A stretch of 64,000 nt of DNA from Azolla caroliniana (Eukaryota; Plantae; Polypodiophyta), in assembly GCA_043228905.1 (NCBI GenBank), contig JBHGNT010000009.1:17546001-17610000 (forward strand). Reading direction: 5' to 3'. Position numbers and translations under genes: made by a program. This document shows, piece after piece, positions 37,053-51,186 of the stretch; position 1 is the stretch's first letter, and every line of letters begins with the position of its first letter. The notes under the pieces were generated by a model. It was not told the origin of the DNA. It saw nothing but the letters and a program-made list of their open reading frames with translations, and made no database searches.

Positions 37053-39748
37053 ATGTTGCTCTTTTTAGAAGGCTTCTCATCTTCCTCTGCTGCTTTGCCT
37101 TCCCCTGTTTCATGTGGGTTCTACCTTCCTCTGTTCCACTCTGTTGTTTTCTTCTGTTTTTGTTTGTGGTCTGTTTTGCTTTTTTTGTTATATAAATCTT
37201 GGAGATCCGTTTTCTTCCTTTGTGTGATGTTTTGCAGTGAGGTTAAGCAGTCTTGCATTCAAATTACACTGCCAGCCCTTTTCTCCTAGAAGAAAAAGAA
37301 TGATGATGGGAGCAATTGCTGCCTCCCCTAATGGTTCACTTCTCGGGCTTGATGAACAGAAGCCCAGTGTAGGCAGAAGGTTTTGTTTTTTTCCCTTCAA
37401 CTACTATTTTCCTTCATAATTGATACACTCTTTAGTTTTGTATCTGACACATACACAGAATCTATGTATATGTTGCGTATACATGCCATGTGTGTATGTA
37501 TGTGGTTATGTATATATGTACATACACCACTGACACAAACACAGAATCTATGTATATGTTGTGTATACATGCCATGTATGTATGTATGTATGTATGTATG
37601 TATGTATGTATGTATGTATGTATGTATGTATGTATGTATGTGGTTATGTATATGTATGAGACAGACAGGTACAAATATGTATGACACATACCCACATACA
37701 AGTGGGTAACTTGTTGCAAGAGCAACAAAAGCATTGGATGGGGAAAAATCCATGGTAGAAGGGTTGATATGGGTTTTAGACCTCCTTGAATCACTGTTTC
37801 TACTAAATTAATTACCCTTTGCATACGCCACACGTTATTTCCTCGCCATGATCCGGACTGCAATCCCATATACACATTTTTTTGGCTGATAAAGTTTGGA
37901 GAGTCCAACTGGGAGCTGAAAACAAATGCCAATTCTCTACTTATGTTAAATCCAATAATCATGGCGGTGGGCACTTTCACATGCACATATACATATACAC
38001 TCACTCACACACATAGACATACACACATTCATATACATCATAAACATGTCATATACACAGTATATTTTTATTGTTCACACACACAATCTGCCTCCTACTT
38101 TTGCATTGCAGGAAAGTGATAGAGCATATTGCTCTCTTTCAAATGAAACAAGAATTTGATGAGATCCAAGAGAAGGATATGCTTGATCACCTTTATACCC
38201 TGCAATACCAATTAAGGGGCATCATCTCCCTTTCATTAGGTAAGCAAGCATGAACTTCCCAATGGTTTTTGCACCATGTGCAGAAAAAATGCAAATGTTT
38301 CTCAATCCTATGTAAACATTTGTAGGCACCATTACAAGTCAGAACTCTGATGGGTACACTCATGCTCTTTTCTCACGCTTCCCTTCGAAGGAGACTTTAA
38401 AAATCTATTATGAAAGCCCGATTCGGTGGAATATTGCAAATCAGTACATCATTCCTTATTACAATGTATGAACACATGTAAGTTTTATGTAAATGAGTGT
38501 TTTAGGTTTCTTTCTACTTTTTGGCATACAGCAACTTATCTAGTCAAAACACTAAATTTGCAGGGTATGCTTTGTGTAGACTATGAGGCTGAGGTTGAAG
38601 ATGATATTAATCCTATTTTCCGGCGAGGAGAGGTAATCTCTATCTCTATCTCTCTATTGGGTTCTTACTACTATCTCCTGTGGCCTTTTTATATAACATT
38701 TATATCATGTGTATTGTACATTGTTCGTTGGCTCCAGGGTTCTGATCCCTGGTTTGGACTTTTCCTTTTATATTTGCATCATGTATCTTGTATCTCAGTA
38801 CCCATTATATCATTTACCTGTATCTTGTTCCAGAATACTGTGCCACTCAGCTCTAGCGTTTTTTTTCTTTTGCGCTTTATTTGTGTCATGCATCTTCCTC
38901 CCAAATACTTGTCATCAGCTCTAGAGTTTTTTCTATAATTTATATGTCTGGCATTTGTGTTGTGTATGTATGGTTAACCTTATTCTACTATTGTTTTTAG
39001 AGTTTTTATTGGACAGTCGTGTTGTCTGTCAGAGGATGGTTGTAACTTTGTTTTGCACATGCTGATGTTTCAGTTCATCCTCTCTTCTTACTATTTCTGC
39101 TATACTTAATATTTGTGATAAACCTTCATTTTTATTATTATTTATGTTTAGGATTTTGAAGAAGGAGTCGAGTGTTTGATACTTCTACAAGTGAGAAACG
39201 ATGTTGACCCAAAGAGGGTTGAGGAGGGTCTGCATGCAGTATCATGCCTATTTGCTGAAGAACTAGGGCCATTTGTAATTCAACACACTTCAGGTTCTAT
39301 TTGTTAACAAGTTTTGTCGGAGCTTTATGATAAGATCCTTGTGTTATTCCATATGACATTTACTTTTTCTTGTGTGGCTTAGGTACAAATTTCTCCAATC
39401 TCAATAAAGGTTACACACATGGAATGGTCACTCGCTTTCCCTCGGGTTGGTCACTTCTCCAATTAAGATGATATATGCCAAAATGTGAATATTATGTATT
39501 TTCTAACTTTTAACTCATGGGTATATAATCATGTAGAAGAGGCAATGAATATTTGTATTCAACATGGATCTTATCGAGAGGTACCATGTATTTTTATTTC
39601 TACTTCCGAGAATGTTCAATTCTTCTCAAGCTTTAAACAAATGTGTTCTGTTATGTTCTAGATTATGGAGCGAATGTTGGAGCCAATTACTGACAAAATA
39701 GTCTCATTAGACTATCCTATAGTTCCTGTTGGAACTAGTGCTATGTGA
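37053..39748 (+). CDS. Stress-responsive A/B-barrel (Dabb) domain protein with two Dabb domains and a probable plastid transit peptide; 9 exons, about 291 aa
   Basis: Exons 37053-37113, 37238-37379, 38112-38239, 38326-38465, 38564-38632, 39152-39293, 39383-39445, 39537-39580, 39662-39748. All introns are GT-AG and phases are consistent. Motifs: 'RKVIEHIALF...EKDMLDHLYTLQYQLRGIISLSLG', 'GYTHALFSRFPSKE', 'VDYEAEVEDDINPIFRRGE', 'GTNFS..NKGYTHGMVTRFPS'. The start codon is uncertain. Confidence 0.88.
37440..37660. repeat. (TATG)n microsatellite with a duplicated flank in Dabb intron 2
   Basis: Direct observation. Confidence 0.9.
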
Positions 39749-41652
39749 GGAAGGTTTTAACTCGAATAAAGTTCTACGAGTTGAAAGATTCTTTTCTGTA
39801 GTTTGTATTTTCTTCTTCTTTATATAACCCTCAACCAATTGGCATTCAATTTCCAATAAATGAAAATATGCATTATGAATTAATCGGACTATTGTTATGA
39901 AAATTTTATTTACTCAATGTGAATAGGTTTTTTCATTGATGGAAAGAAAATTACACATTCGATTTGTATACCGATTTCATTCATATCAACATATTTAATA
40001 CCTTCAAATACGAAAAAATTGAATTATTATCTCCTGTAAATGAAACTATTAGTGATAGAGGATTGCAAGTTTTACATTTTGTTCAAAGAATCATGTATAT
40101 ATGTGGGGTAGCTTTGATTCTCACAGTTCTATGAAATTAATATAGAAAAATCTTCTGGGGATAGATACTGTAATCTGTATGGAGGTCAAATTATGTCATT
40201 TTGTAGTGAATTCTGCTCTATAGAGATAAGGCATGTATGTGAATGTTGATTCTACGAATGCTAGCCAAATGTGTTCAGTATTTGTTTATTGCACTAGGGA
40301 TGACTATGAATGATGAAGGGTTTTGAGATAGCATAAAGCTGCGAGGCATGCTCATTATGATGAAAACGATACCAATGCAAGCATTTCATATATTTGAATG
40401 TGTGTATGTAACCTTCTTTGAAGCACATAAAATGTGCAAGTGAAAATGTTTCTCATCTTCAACACACTAGCCAAGGTGGAGATTCTAGGTATGATAAGCC
40501 CTAAGTTTGAAAAATGACATTGATATCTTTAGAAGCCTTAAGTTTGAAAGATGATATTGATATCTTTAGAAGCCCTAAGTTATCCCTTATTGTAACCTTG
40601 AAAGTTTCCCTGTTCCAACTCAAAACACCACAAACTCCAAATGCATGATAATATATCCAAGCATCATAACTCATCAAAGGATACCTTGCCCACTCTTAGT
40701 AGTTACCGGCATACAATGAAAACTCTCATGGATTGAGCCTTTTAGATTGGGTAAAACCTTAATTTTAACATCAACTTTGGAGGAATTTCTTATTTACATT
40801 TTTATTTATTAAATCAATGCCTGGCCATCTCGAAGTCAGTCTGTAATGTAAACCATCTTTTATGAAACTACACATTTTGTTCATCATAATTACTCCTGTT
40901 TTGACATTTTATTTTCAATTATAAATGGTCCTCCAACTTCATTTTATTTTGCTTCGAAGGTGAACAAATAAACCGTTTATTTCATTTCATCAAAAAGAAC
41001 TTCAAAATTTTTAACATTGGTTCTCTTAATTGTTTTCTACTATCTAATCCAATCAACCACACACCTCTGATAAACTTTTCAGTAGAAATTTTCTACGCGT
41101 GCAAATTAATGATCTTTGAATCTCAAACAAAGACAAGCTCTAATTACTTCTGCATTGTAGCCACACAATCCAAACGCATGGTTAGCAAAATCTTGAGCTT
41201 TTTCAAGTATATAAATAAGTAGAGTCATCTATAAAATCATTTTAGGATCCAGCTGCCAGATGGCAAATTTCTTCACTGTTTTTCATGCAATTATTTCACA
41301 TTTCCAAGCATAACCAACCACAGTGGAGCTTTCCCAGAGTTTCATGTCATCAAATGCACAAATGGAAAGTACAAGGTTATTGACAAAGAAGCTTGCTGCT
41401 ATAGAAATTTGAAAAACGGTTCAAAAGGTAGGGGAGGGTTTGAAGGTTTCACTTATTACCCACCCTAACCACTACACCACCATACAAGCTTGTCATATAC
41501 ATATATCTATGGTCAAACTATCTATATTGATACATATATAGATGTGTCTAACCATTTCTGAAACCAAAGCTTTTAACATGGTTTGTGCATTAGATATGAT
41601 ACAAATACATATATGCTTTGAATATATTGTATGCATGTTAAATCCAATAGTG

Positions 41653-43690
41653 TTATGATGATTCCAGAAGTTTCAATATGGTATTTGCAGGGGCACTCAT
41701 AGATGGAAGGATGGAGTGCTCACTTGTGTGTCTCCGAGCATGAGCACTTTCAAGCCCTGCTTCTCTCATGTAAGGAAGCTCCTTCCTCCTCTTAATGCTC
41801 AATTGCAATCTCTCCTTCCAAAGCCGACCATCCTACAACCATTAATTTGTTTTAAGCAGATGCTATCTCATGAGGGTTTTCAAACATTACAAAAGAATCG
41901 ACAGAGAACATATGTGCATGTATGTTCACAGGAACCAAGCAAGGATTATATTGCAAAAATAAGAGTAAAGCAGTGTATGCATGTATGCACATGCACTTAA
42001 ATCTTACTTGCATCTCAAGGAGTTCTAAATATGGCACTGCTTTCAAGATTTGGGAAAATGAAGGGTTGCTAGTTCTCAAAGCTAATGAATGACCCTACCA
42101 AATTTCAAGGTCTTGACAAAGAAAATCAAGATGCAGTTGCAATTAGAAATTTGCTCATTGAAAATTTCTGTATTTAGTAGCAGATAGGCAAACACAAGGT
42201 GTTTTTGACCCATTTACACATATTCAATAATCAGATGGCACTCACTAATTCAAACAACACAAAAACAATTGCAGTGGATGGATAGGTATAATGTGGAAAC
42301 CACAAGAGAAGTTAATTGCAAAATACATATGTACATGCAGTACAAATATGCATATAAATATACAAACATGCACATGTATTTAGGTATAAACATACTTTTA
42401 CTTTAGCAATGCAACAATGGCAACATACAGAACATACAAGTTCACATACCTTTACACATGTTTTGTAATACATATGCATATGAAAATATTTAAAGATATA
42501 CATACACATATTGAACAAACACATTTTGTGAGGGTTGGCAATTGGACTTTGTTTTCCACCTTGGTTTCAGTTTCAACTATCTTTCTCTCTATTCTCTAAC
42601 ATTTTTCTGGATACAATGGTATTTTCCTTAGGTAAATGTCAAGGGAATCTCTGTGTATAGATATTCCCCTTGTGTATTTTTATAAATAAAATCAAATAGC
42701 ATGGATGGTTTCTTAATAATTTGGAGGTGCTTTCAAGTATGATGAAAGATACCTCTGCATTGAGTGTGATATGCAATAGTGGTGCTGTTTGCTTTAATCA
42801 ATCCATATAGCCATACAGTTTGCATACATCTAGACACATACACATACACATACATATAGGTATATGCGTATGCAGATGCATCTCCCTGTACACATAAACA
42901 TATGCTAGGCATGTCCATATGCATCTGTATATGCACATATACATGGGCATACCCATATACGGCTGCCTATGTCTGTAAACATATGCCCATGCCTATGTGT
43001 ATACACATACCTATATTATATATGCCTATGTCTGTACACATATGTATATGCATATACACAATACATACACATAATTAGTAAGCAACTCACATGGATTATA
43101 CAGGGCTCTGGAGGTGGGCAACGAACAGGCTGGTCATGCTCGGGGGGTTCCATCGGATGTTCCACTGGGGCAAATTCCCCTGCTTCTTCAAGCATATTTG
43201 CTGATCCATGGACAACACCCGAAGTTTGTACATCTTTCACAATGCTAGAAATCTGCTTCTCGTCCTAGCATCAAAGAGGCATAGAATTAGATTAAGCGAA
43301 CAAAAAAGGGAAAAGAAAGAAGAAGAAGAAGAAGGAGAAGAAGAAGAAGAAGCCCAGTTCAATGGTTAGATTCAAATAGAGAATGCTCAAGTCCAAACGA
43401 AAACAAAACAGGCTATGGAGTTGAATGAATCATACGAAAGAGGAAACCGGCGATTTGTATTTGAAGAAACCGAACATTTTGCAGAGGGATTAGAGAAAGA
43501 TGGGGGACTGTGGGCGAATCGGAGGAGAACCAGATAGATCTGGTCAGAGAGACAGAGAGAAGAAAGAAGGAGAGAGAAGAAAGAGAAAGAGAAGAAAGGG
43601 AGGGGGGGGGTTATTGGTGTTTACCAAAGACGATGCGGAAGAAGAAGAGTGAGAATGTCTGTTGGAGAAGCGTGAGAAAATGCCCACCAT
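41653..43690 (-). CDS. Conserved land-plant protein of unknown function (MVGIFSRFS...PVEHPxEP...CPxPEPxIxxDGRxWKER...ILPSxSAP family); 3 exons, 139 aa
   Basis: Exons 43690-43625 (MVGIFSRFSNRHSHSSSSASSL), 43264-43091 (DEKQ...EFAPVEHPMEPPEHDQPVRCPPPEPCIIH) and 41832-41653 (DGRLWKERLQLSIKRRKELPYMRE...ILPSMSAPANTILKLLESS*). All introns are phase 0, GT-AG. The motif order matches an uncharacterised angiosperm family, recalled from memory. Confidence 0.85.
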
Positions 43691-43749
43691 TTTTCTCTGT
43701 TTGACAACTACACAGAACGAGCAAGAAGGTAAATATTCCTTCATTTCTC

Positions 43750-43958
43750 ATACATTACATACATACATACATATGCATTATACATACATACATATACATA
43801 CATTGCATTATACATACATACATATACATACATACACATGTCTACATATACATACACATATGTGTGTGTATTTGTATCATATTTCTATCTATGTGTATGT
43901 GTATGTGTTATGTGTGTGTATTTGTATCATATTTCTATCTATGTGTATGTGTATGTGT

Positions 43959-43993
<35 letters not shown>

Positions 43994-44170
43994 TTGTATC
44001 ATATATCTATCTATCTATCTATCTATCTATGTGTGTGTATTTGTATCATATACAGATCTATGTGTGTGTATATGTATATATATGTATAGTGTGTGTGTGT
44101 GTGTGTACATATACAGATCTATGTGTGTGTATATGTATATATATATGTACACACACACACACACACACAA
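43750..44170. repeat. Compound microsatellite field ((TACA)n, (GT)n, (TATC)n, (AC)n) immediately upstream of the 43690 gene
   Basis: Direct observation. Confidence 0.9.
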
Positions 44171-44399
44171 TAGCATGAGTTTCCTTGAGGACACCTGTCT
44201 CGCACTGGAGCTGCCCTCATTACGTGCCCTTGCCCTAATGTTTGCGAGACTTCTCTTTATCCATCGCTTCGCCTTCCCTCCTTACACTTGCCTACGATTT
44301 TAGTACAGATTTCGATTCAACACGAGTTCCTACATGTCCGTGTCTCGAGATCCTCATCCATCCGTAAATACTCCTGATGACCATCCCGCTCCCGCAGGA

Positions 44400-45150
44400 G
44401 AGACAAGCAGTTCCATCGCCTCCCGTGTCTGAGAACGTTTTCTTCGCTTTTCGGTTGAGCGCTCTTTTCTTTTCTTTTCACGATATGTTTGAAGAAAGTT
44501 TTCATACATTTGTGTCGAATTTCCTTTCTTCCATAAATATTTCCAACCGACACGATTAATGAAGTTTCAACTGCCATTTCAATGCTTTGATGGCTACACT
44601 TGTTTCTTTGGCATTGCGCAGGAGTTCTTCCCTTTTCCTACAAACAAAAAAGATAATATTTGCCTTCGCCACTCCACCACAGATTGAGACACATTATGGA
44701 GTTACACTTGATACACCTTGTTTCATAATGCAAGGAGTTGGTGTGGTTATACGACATAAAATGTCTAGACCATATATTATTTGCGCATTTTAGGTCAATT
44801 GCCTTAAGATGCTCATTTGATTTGTCTTGGTGACAAACTAGAGAAGCCAATAATTTTCACATTATGTTGTCTTTGTAAACGACATATCAAGTCAAATCTC
44901 ATTTCATGGGGATAAGCACCCTTGAAAACATTCATTGGCCTAGTGATGCAATTGAGAGTTCTTTTCCTACAACCTATATGCCCAAGATTCGTTTCTCACA
45001 ATGATCAAGTATGTTATTTCAAAGTTTAATTATGTCACAAACATTTTAAAATGAGCTAACTCATGGATGGAGCCCCTATTAGAACTTATCCTCTAAATAG
45101 AGATCTAAGGCTTTTGTGATCTTTGTGCTTATTAATTAGGACCCATGTGA
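44400..45150 (+). pseudogene. Possible PIF/Harbinger transposase remnant
   Basis: Weak motifs in the expected order: 'FIMQGV', 'DAHLI', 'FMGDKHP' (similar to GDxGYP). Heavily degraded. Confidence 0.3.
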
Positions 45151-48100
45151 TTTTATAAATGGCTTCTTAAAGCATCTCAACTAGTTGATATCCTCATGAC
45201 CCATATTCATTGCATATTGTTTTTTTTTCAAGACTCTATTGCAAGAAAGATTCTTTTCTTTGATGATAGAATACAATGCATGCCGTTGTTCATGACTTGT
45301 GTATTTCAATTATTTATTTCATTTTACACTTCCGATTTCATTTTGATTTTTTAGTGTTATGAACTCAATTGGCCAAGTGGAACGAGAAATGATTATTTGT
45401 TGTCCATGCTCACCCTTGAAAAGATATCCAATTTGTAAACTTTTTGTAGATGTCTCCCTTGATCGAGAGATTGACGACGGTTTGGAAGTCACTTGTACAT
45501 ATATTGTCTTGTCACATCAAATTTTAAGATAAAGGAATTTTTTGGTCACATAATCAAGCATTCACTCTCTTTGTTAGTGCCATATTGCCACTGTAGTGCT
45601 ACTATTTTCGACCGTTGGGTTGTGTGGGAAATGAATGCGTAAGGTCTTATTTTTTACAAATGGAAGTACCCACACACCCATCAATGTTTTGTGTTTCTGC
45701 TTGTAACTAAAACTCTTGATGGAATAAAGCCAACACTTTCACTTTCTGATGTAGCTCTGCATTGTCGTGTTTCTCGCTCCATTTAGTGGACATGTTTCCT
45801 GTTTCTCTTATTAGATGGGATAATGAAAAGTCTTTCTTCTAAGAAAAATTATTTTGAAAGGAGTGGTTGGTTGCTATAATATGAGATATTTGAAGGGGGT
45901 GTTATATGTGGTGCTTAGTCCTTCAAGTATATATGAATTAGAATACAAAGATATTTTCCTTTCCAAGATTCTGTAGGCATAATAACTTCTCGGAATAATA
46001 TGTGGCTCAACGAAGAAGACAAAAGATATGTCATTGTGCAATAGATATTCATAAACAACTTGAGTTGTCCCTTTATACTTTTTACAATAGGGAAAGTGTC
46101 AATGTATGTAGGGTTAGTTTGAGAATGACTCAATTCTAGCATGTTTGTTTTAATAAGATACAAAATAGTTACTTACATCAAGCACGAGATGTTATGCAAA
46201 ATCCATGTGAATCTCAAGAGACAAAGAGGTAGATGATACCAATATTTTCTCTTCATTTTTTAGCAATTGAAATAAAAGCGAGAAAATTGTTACACCAATA
46301 AAGACATAAAATTGTATACAATTCTTGGCATTTTTCATTTTTCCTAACATGTTCTTATTAGGAGGAGCATAATGGCGTGAAAACCCGTTTTAGCAAATTA
46401 AATATTGAGAGTTCGACTTTTTATTCATATGTGCATCTTCTTTTTGTGAACCAAGTGTTAATTAAACATTCTTGTAAGAATACTTACATATCTTCCAAAC
46501 TTGAAATGTGAATCGAGCATAGTGTTCATATGTGCATGTGCTAATGTATGCAACATGCATTATCCATCTCATTACTTCGATGCATATGACTGTCAAACTT
46601 GCCTCACTATTTGAAGGTTGTAACTCTCTTTAGAAGGGGGGTTTTTGCCTTTCCCCATAAAGATAACGTTTGAAATTGCCTTCAAACGAAAATTTAGATG
46701 TTTATTTAGCCATTCACGAAGGAAGGAATACCATTTTCCTAGACATCTACTTGATCGTAAACATGCACAAGACTTTCCGGTTCCTAACATTTGATAAGCT
46801 GAAGATAATCAATGATGTTGCATTTTTGCTCTACTTAAGCTTCACAATATTACACGTGGAAGACACACATACCCATATTTGCAAAAAGTTTTACAAGAGT
46901 TAAGAAGCGAGAAAAAACCTTTCATGGCAACATTAAATAAGAATGGTTTCATCCACAAGTGGTTACACCCTATACCATCCATCTAAACATGTTCAAATAC
47001 TTTTTTATGGTTTAAAGGTGACTACTTTTCATGAGAAAAAAATGAAAAGGTGATGGTATTAGATTTGCCTTTTGGATTGTTAATTAATCCTAATAATAGT
47101 ATAAAATAGAGCAACGACCCTGTGGTTCACATTAAATGTGCAACATATGTGATATGCCTTTTCCTAACAATATATTTATTATTTGATGGCAACTATTTTA
47201 GTCCACCATAGTAGAAAGAAAGAAAGAAAGAAAGAAATATTAACGTATTCTAAGGCCAAAATTGGCCCATGAGACAATCGGTTTACAACAAAATAGGGTG
47301 TATACCCAATCATAAAAAATAAAAATAGAATAAAATAAAATAGAACTTAAGCTAAAAGAGTTTTAGTATTGTACAAAATGTGTTATGGTGTGACATATTC
47401 TATAAAGGAGATGACTATGTACTATGTACTAGGTCTAGTTTCATTTCCATCCAAGTTTCTCAAAAAGAAGCGAGAGGTCAAAGGGTTTCGATGTGGGTGT
47501 GACCATTGGTCCCGATGTAGAAGGTACCCCAACCATGGCTACTAGACGGTGTAGCTCACGCTCCCTTATTTTCTTAATTGCTTCTACATCACATCGAGTT
47601 GCTTTGAAATCTGACATCCGAGGGCGTTTGCTTCTTTGGTTTTCTACTTCATCAAGGAAGAGACCGAGTGGTGCAGGTGTGTCCACATTCATCGTCTCGC
47701 CCTGTCCTTGAAAAACTTCATAGGTTACATGTTGGTGAATATTAGAAAAGTTATTGTTAACATATTGTAGCTTATTCTCTATATGTTGTTTTAGCTCTAA
47801 GATACATCTACCTAATTCCTTTATCTATAGAGTATCCAATAGTTTGGAGAGGGTGAGAGTATGTCTTGGTATTTTGCCCTTATCTCAGCATAAGTTGGAC
47901 ACTTGCATGTAAAGTGGTACTCATCCTCTAACTCTATGTGACATAATCTACATATCCGTTCCTCTCGAGGGACTCCATTAGTACGACCATTCTCAATCTC
48001 AAGTTGGTGAGATGATATTCTAAGTTGTCCAATGGTCCGGATCCGACATCCGGTCTGTCATCCAGATCCGGTATTCGACTTCTTCAGTCGATCTGACATC

Positions 48101-49489
48101 CAGTTTGGAACCTAGTCTGAAGCTTAGGCTTATCAGCCTAAGTGGGCCTAGCCAACTGGATCGATTCCGGTTTGGCCTACCTGCTTGTCCAGCTGGTTTG
48201 GCCCATGTTGAACTTGCTCGCTCAACAAGAAGTGACAAGTTTGGAAGTTCTTTTTGAATAATAAATTAATTTGGAAGGAGCCGAAAAGACCAGATGGTAT
48301 ACCACTACAGGTAGTCACTACAACAGAGCAATGAAAATGGATAATGTCTGAATTTCATGAATCCAATTGGGTTGGACATTGGGTTATGTGGGTGGCATTC
48401 ACAAAGATCAAGCAAAAGTATTGGTGGAAGGGTATGTACAAGGACATAGCATAGTTCACGGAAAGATGCAAGAAATATCAAATCTACTTCGGAGTTTGAC
48501 ACTGGGATGAGCTACATTCAACGTTCTCATTGGTAATCAACTTCAAATGGATGGTCGACATCATGGCAATGCCCACCGGGATTGGACAAAAGAAGTACTT
48601 GGTGCTAGAAGGTCGGGCACTATGGAGGAAAACAAGTTCTACACTATGCCAATTTCTCTTGGAAGAAGTGTTTTGCAAGTACGGGTGCATTTAAGAAGTT
48701 ATTGCGGATCGGGGAGAACTTGGTTCCAATAAAGCTATGGAATTCTTCGCCAAACACAAAGTACAATTGACACTAACCACGACATACAATCCAGAAGCCA
48801 ACGAGAAGATCGAGCGAGGACATAGTCCAATCGTGAAAGTAATGGTAAAAGTGTGTGATGGAAGAGTGAAGCTCTGGCTGCAGATGCTTCCGTATGCCCT
48901 ATGGGCGGATCGCACAACGCATAGTTCCGTGACCAGTTATATGCCAATAGAACTTATGACCGGGCAAGCTTTGGTAATGCATATGGAAACCGCAATTGTA
49001 ACATGGACGATGCTACCGTGGAAGGAAGAGATGAGTCAGGAATAACTACTAGCGGTCCAGATACGACAACTAGAAGGAAGAACAGAGGACATTGTGGAAG
49101 CGGTGCGATGACAACGAAAAGCGCGATTCTGGAGCAAACATCGATTCAACAAAAATCACCAACTATGACCACAGACGATTGAGGAAGGGGATTGGGTGAT
49201 GATAGTCTATGATAACAGTTTGGATCATTAACATAAGTTTGGTTGTTAGGTACATTAGGTACGGTACGGATACCATACGTATATAACGTATTAATACGCG
49301 TATAATACCTCCCAATTTAAAAATATGTTAAATACGTTTTGTAATATGTTAAATACTTATAAAATACGTAAAATACGTATTTTACGTATAGTACGTAAAA
49401 TACTTCTAGAATTTGAAAATCATTTACATTTCAAGAAAATATTTGTAATAGTGTAAAAAGCACACACTATCCGTAGTCGCTGGATATGT

Positions 49490-50112
49490 ACACCCCCCTT
49501 TTGAAACCATCTCCTCAAAACAAAAAATAGGCTCCTTGTTTGGCATTTCTTACCATTAATGAGTTTAGTGAAACCACATCTCACACCACTAGAGTGTTAA
49601 ACAAGTAGTGGGCAATCGACAATAACCCACAATTCACATACATGTTGACTATTGTGTTATCAACAAGGACATCTTTTTCAAAGCCTATTTTGACAATGTT
49701 GGCATGTATTTCTCAGTCTTTTTGTCTATCTCTCAAGCTTCCACAAGCTTTCAACCCACAAGACAATGAAAATGCATGTGGCAAGAGGCAACAATGTTTC
49801 CTCATCTTTTTAAAGCAATCCAATGCCTCTTGAGTCCTTATTATGTCCATGTTCAACATATCCCGATTCCCGCCATGAGTGATCTCCATGAAACTATATC
49901 TCGAACCAAATTTCTCTCAAACATTTATTGTGCTTCATTTAATGCACCACAAGAGCTTCTATTTCTAACCCTTTCTTTGCAACCTCGACATGAATTTCTT
50001 TACATTTGGCTAGAGATCCTACATTGAAACAAGCTTTCAATAGACCCACCAATGTGATTCCATTAATTGAAGTACCCTCACATTGCATTTGGTCAAAGAA
50101 ATAGAATGCATT
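49490..50112 (-). pseudogene. PLS-class pentatricopeptide-repeat (PPR) gene fragment
   Basis: Manual translation: 'AFYFFDQMQCEGTSINGITLVGLLKACFNVGSLAKCKEIHVEVAKKGLE..CGALNEAQ*MFERNLVRDIVSWRSLMAG/GYVEHGH..EALDCFKKMRK..CGLKACGSLRDRQKD*EIHANIVKIGFEKDVLVDNTIVNMYVNCGLLSIAHYLFNTLVV*DVVSLNSLMVRNAKQG..LFCFEEM'. Contains stops and frameshifts. Confidence 0.85.
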
Positions 50113-50541
50113 CTAACAACAAAATTTAGAGCAAAAACCTTAACGAGACATAACATCAAATATTTCAAGGTCCATGAAAGTAAATGAAGGTAAAAAAGAA
50201 CCACATGATGAAAATTTTACTTTAATAAAATACGATATTGATACAACTCTAACTATGTCCAATGTATCAAAATGGAGCTTAGATCAAAGACAAGTAACAT
50301 AAGGTTATTGAGCTTAATAATAACGTATAGAAATTAGAAGTATTTTTCTTTAGATCTAGTCCTCATCACCATCTTCATCATCAGATTCTGTGTTAGTTGA
50401 TGACATCAACACTAGTTCTTCATCCGTAAGATCATCATAATTAGTATGAACTGCTTCTTCTATTGCATTGACATTATCTTGATCATCTAGTGGTAAAGAA
50501 GCAAATGTACTTGATCGTTTTATTCTCCTATTACAAGAAGA

Positions 50542-51186
50542 CTACTCATCATCTCTTCTTGGCCTTTGCCTTTGTATTCGATTAGTAGGGACTCCATCGC
50601 TTGATGTTGTCATATGTGATCTTTTCATGCTCCTTGTCCTTCTTCTCAAGCTCATTGTTTCTTGAAAATAAGTTTCATAGAATTCTCTATCCATATCATT
50701 TTCATGGCTAATAGATGGAATATCAGGAGTCTTAGAGACATCTATCTCATTTGGATTCACCTGCAAACAAGTTTATAAAAGCTTTAACTTCTAAGTATCA
50801 CAAACTAGTGTGTCGATGGCAGAAACTAGTTATTAGTACTTACGAATATTGAGGAATATAAATTATAAAAAGAATGAATAAAACAATACCTGCATTGGAG
50901 ATGCATTCATAGTCTCAAACTTGCGAACTAGCCGTAAGTTCTCTCGCACATATACCAATCGTTCAAGTTGTGCTACCTTTAGTCTGTTTCTATTTTTCAT
51001 ATGTGCGAGAGCATGTGCATTCCAATTCCTTTCCGCTGCCCCAGAAGAGCAATCCTAATAAAAAGTAAAATATGAAATAAAATGTAGTACACAAAAGTGA
51101 GCTATTTCAGAACTTAACTATAAAATTGATCATTTTTTCAACACTTGACACTTGGGATAATATGCGAATAGCTAATGCTTGGATCA
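50542..51186 (-). pseudogene. hAT transposase C-terminal (dimerisation domain) exons
   Basis: Spliced pieces: IQALAIRILSQ (about 51186-51152), DCSSGAAERNWNAHALAHMKNRNRLKVAQLERLVYVRENLRL (51054-50890), then VNPNEIDV... (from 50760). This matches the hATC consensus S..CERNWS....RNRL....LVYV..NLRL. Confidence 0.85.

Noticed and set aside
43436-43477. Alternative first exon MFGFFKYKSPVSSF for the 41653-43690 gene
   Set aside because: It is phase-compatible, but the upstream exon MVGIFSRFS matches the family N-terminus much better.
43662-44303. 213-aa Cys/Val/Tyr-rich ORF, and similar ORFs at 37397-38004 and 51949-52221
   Set aside because: Translations of microsatellites with no domain signal.
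20008-50112. Functional 'plastid RNA metabolism cluster' (RNE, Dabb and PPR)
   Set aside because: The PPR is transposon cargo and a pseudogene, and nothing in the sequence shows co-regulation; adjacency alone is not evidence in a plant genome.
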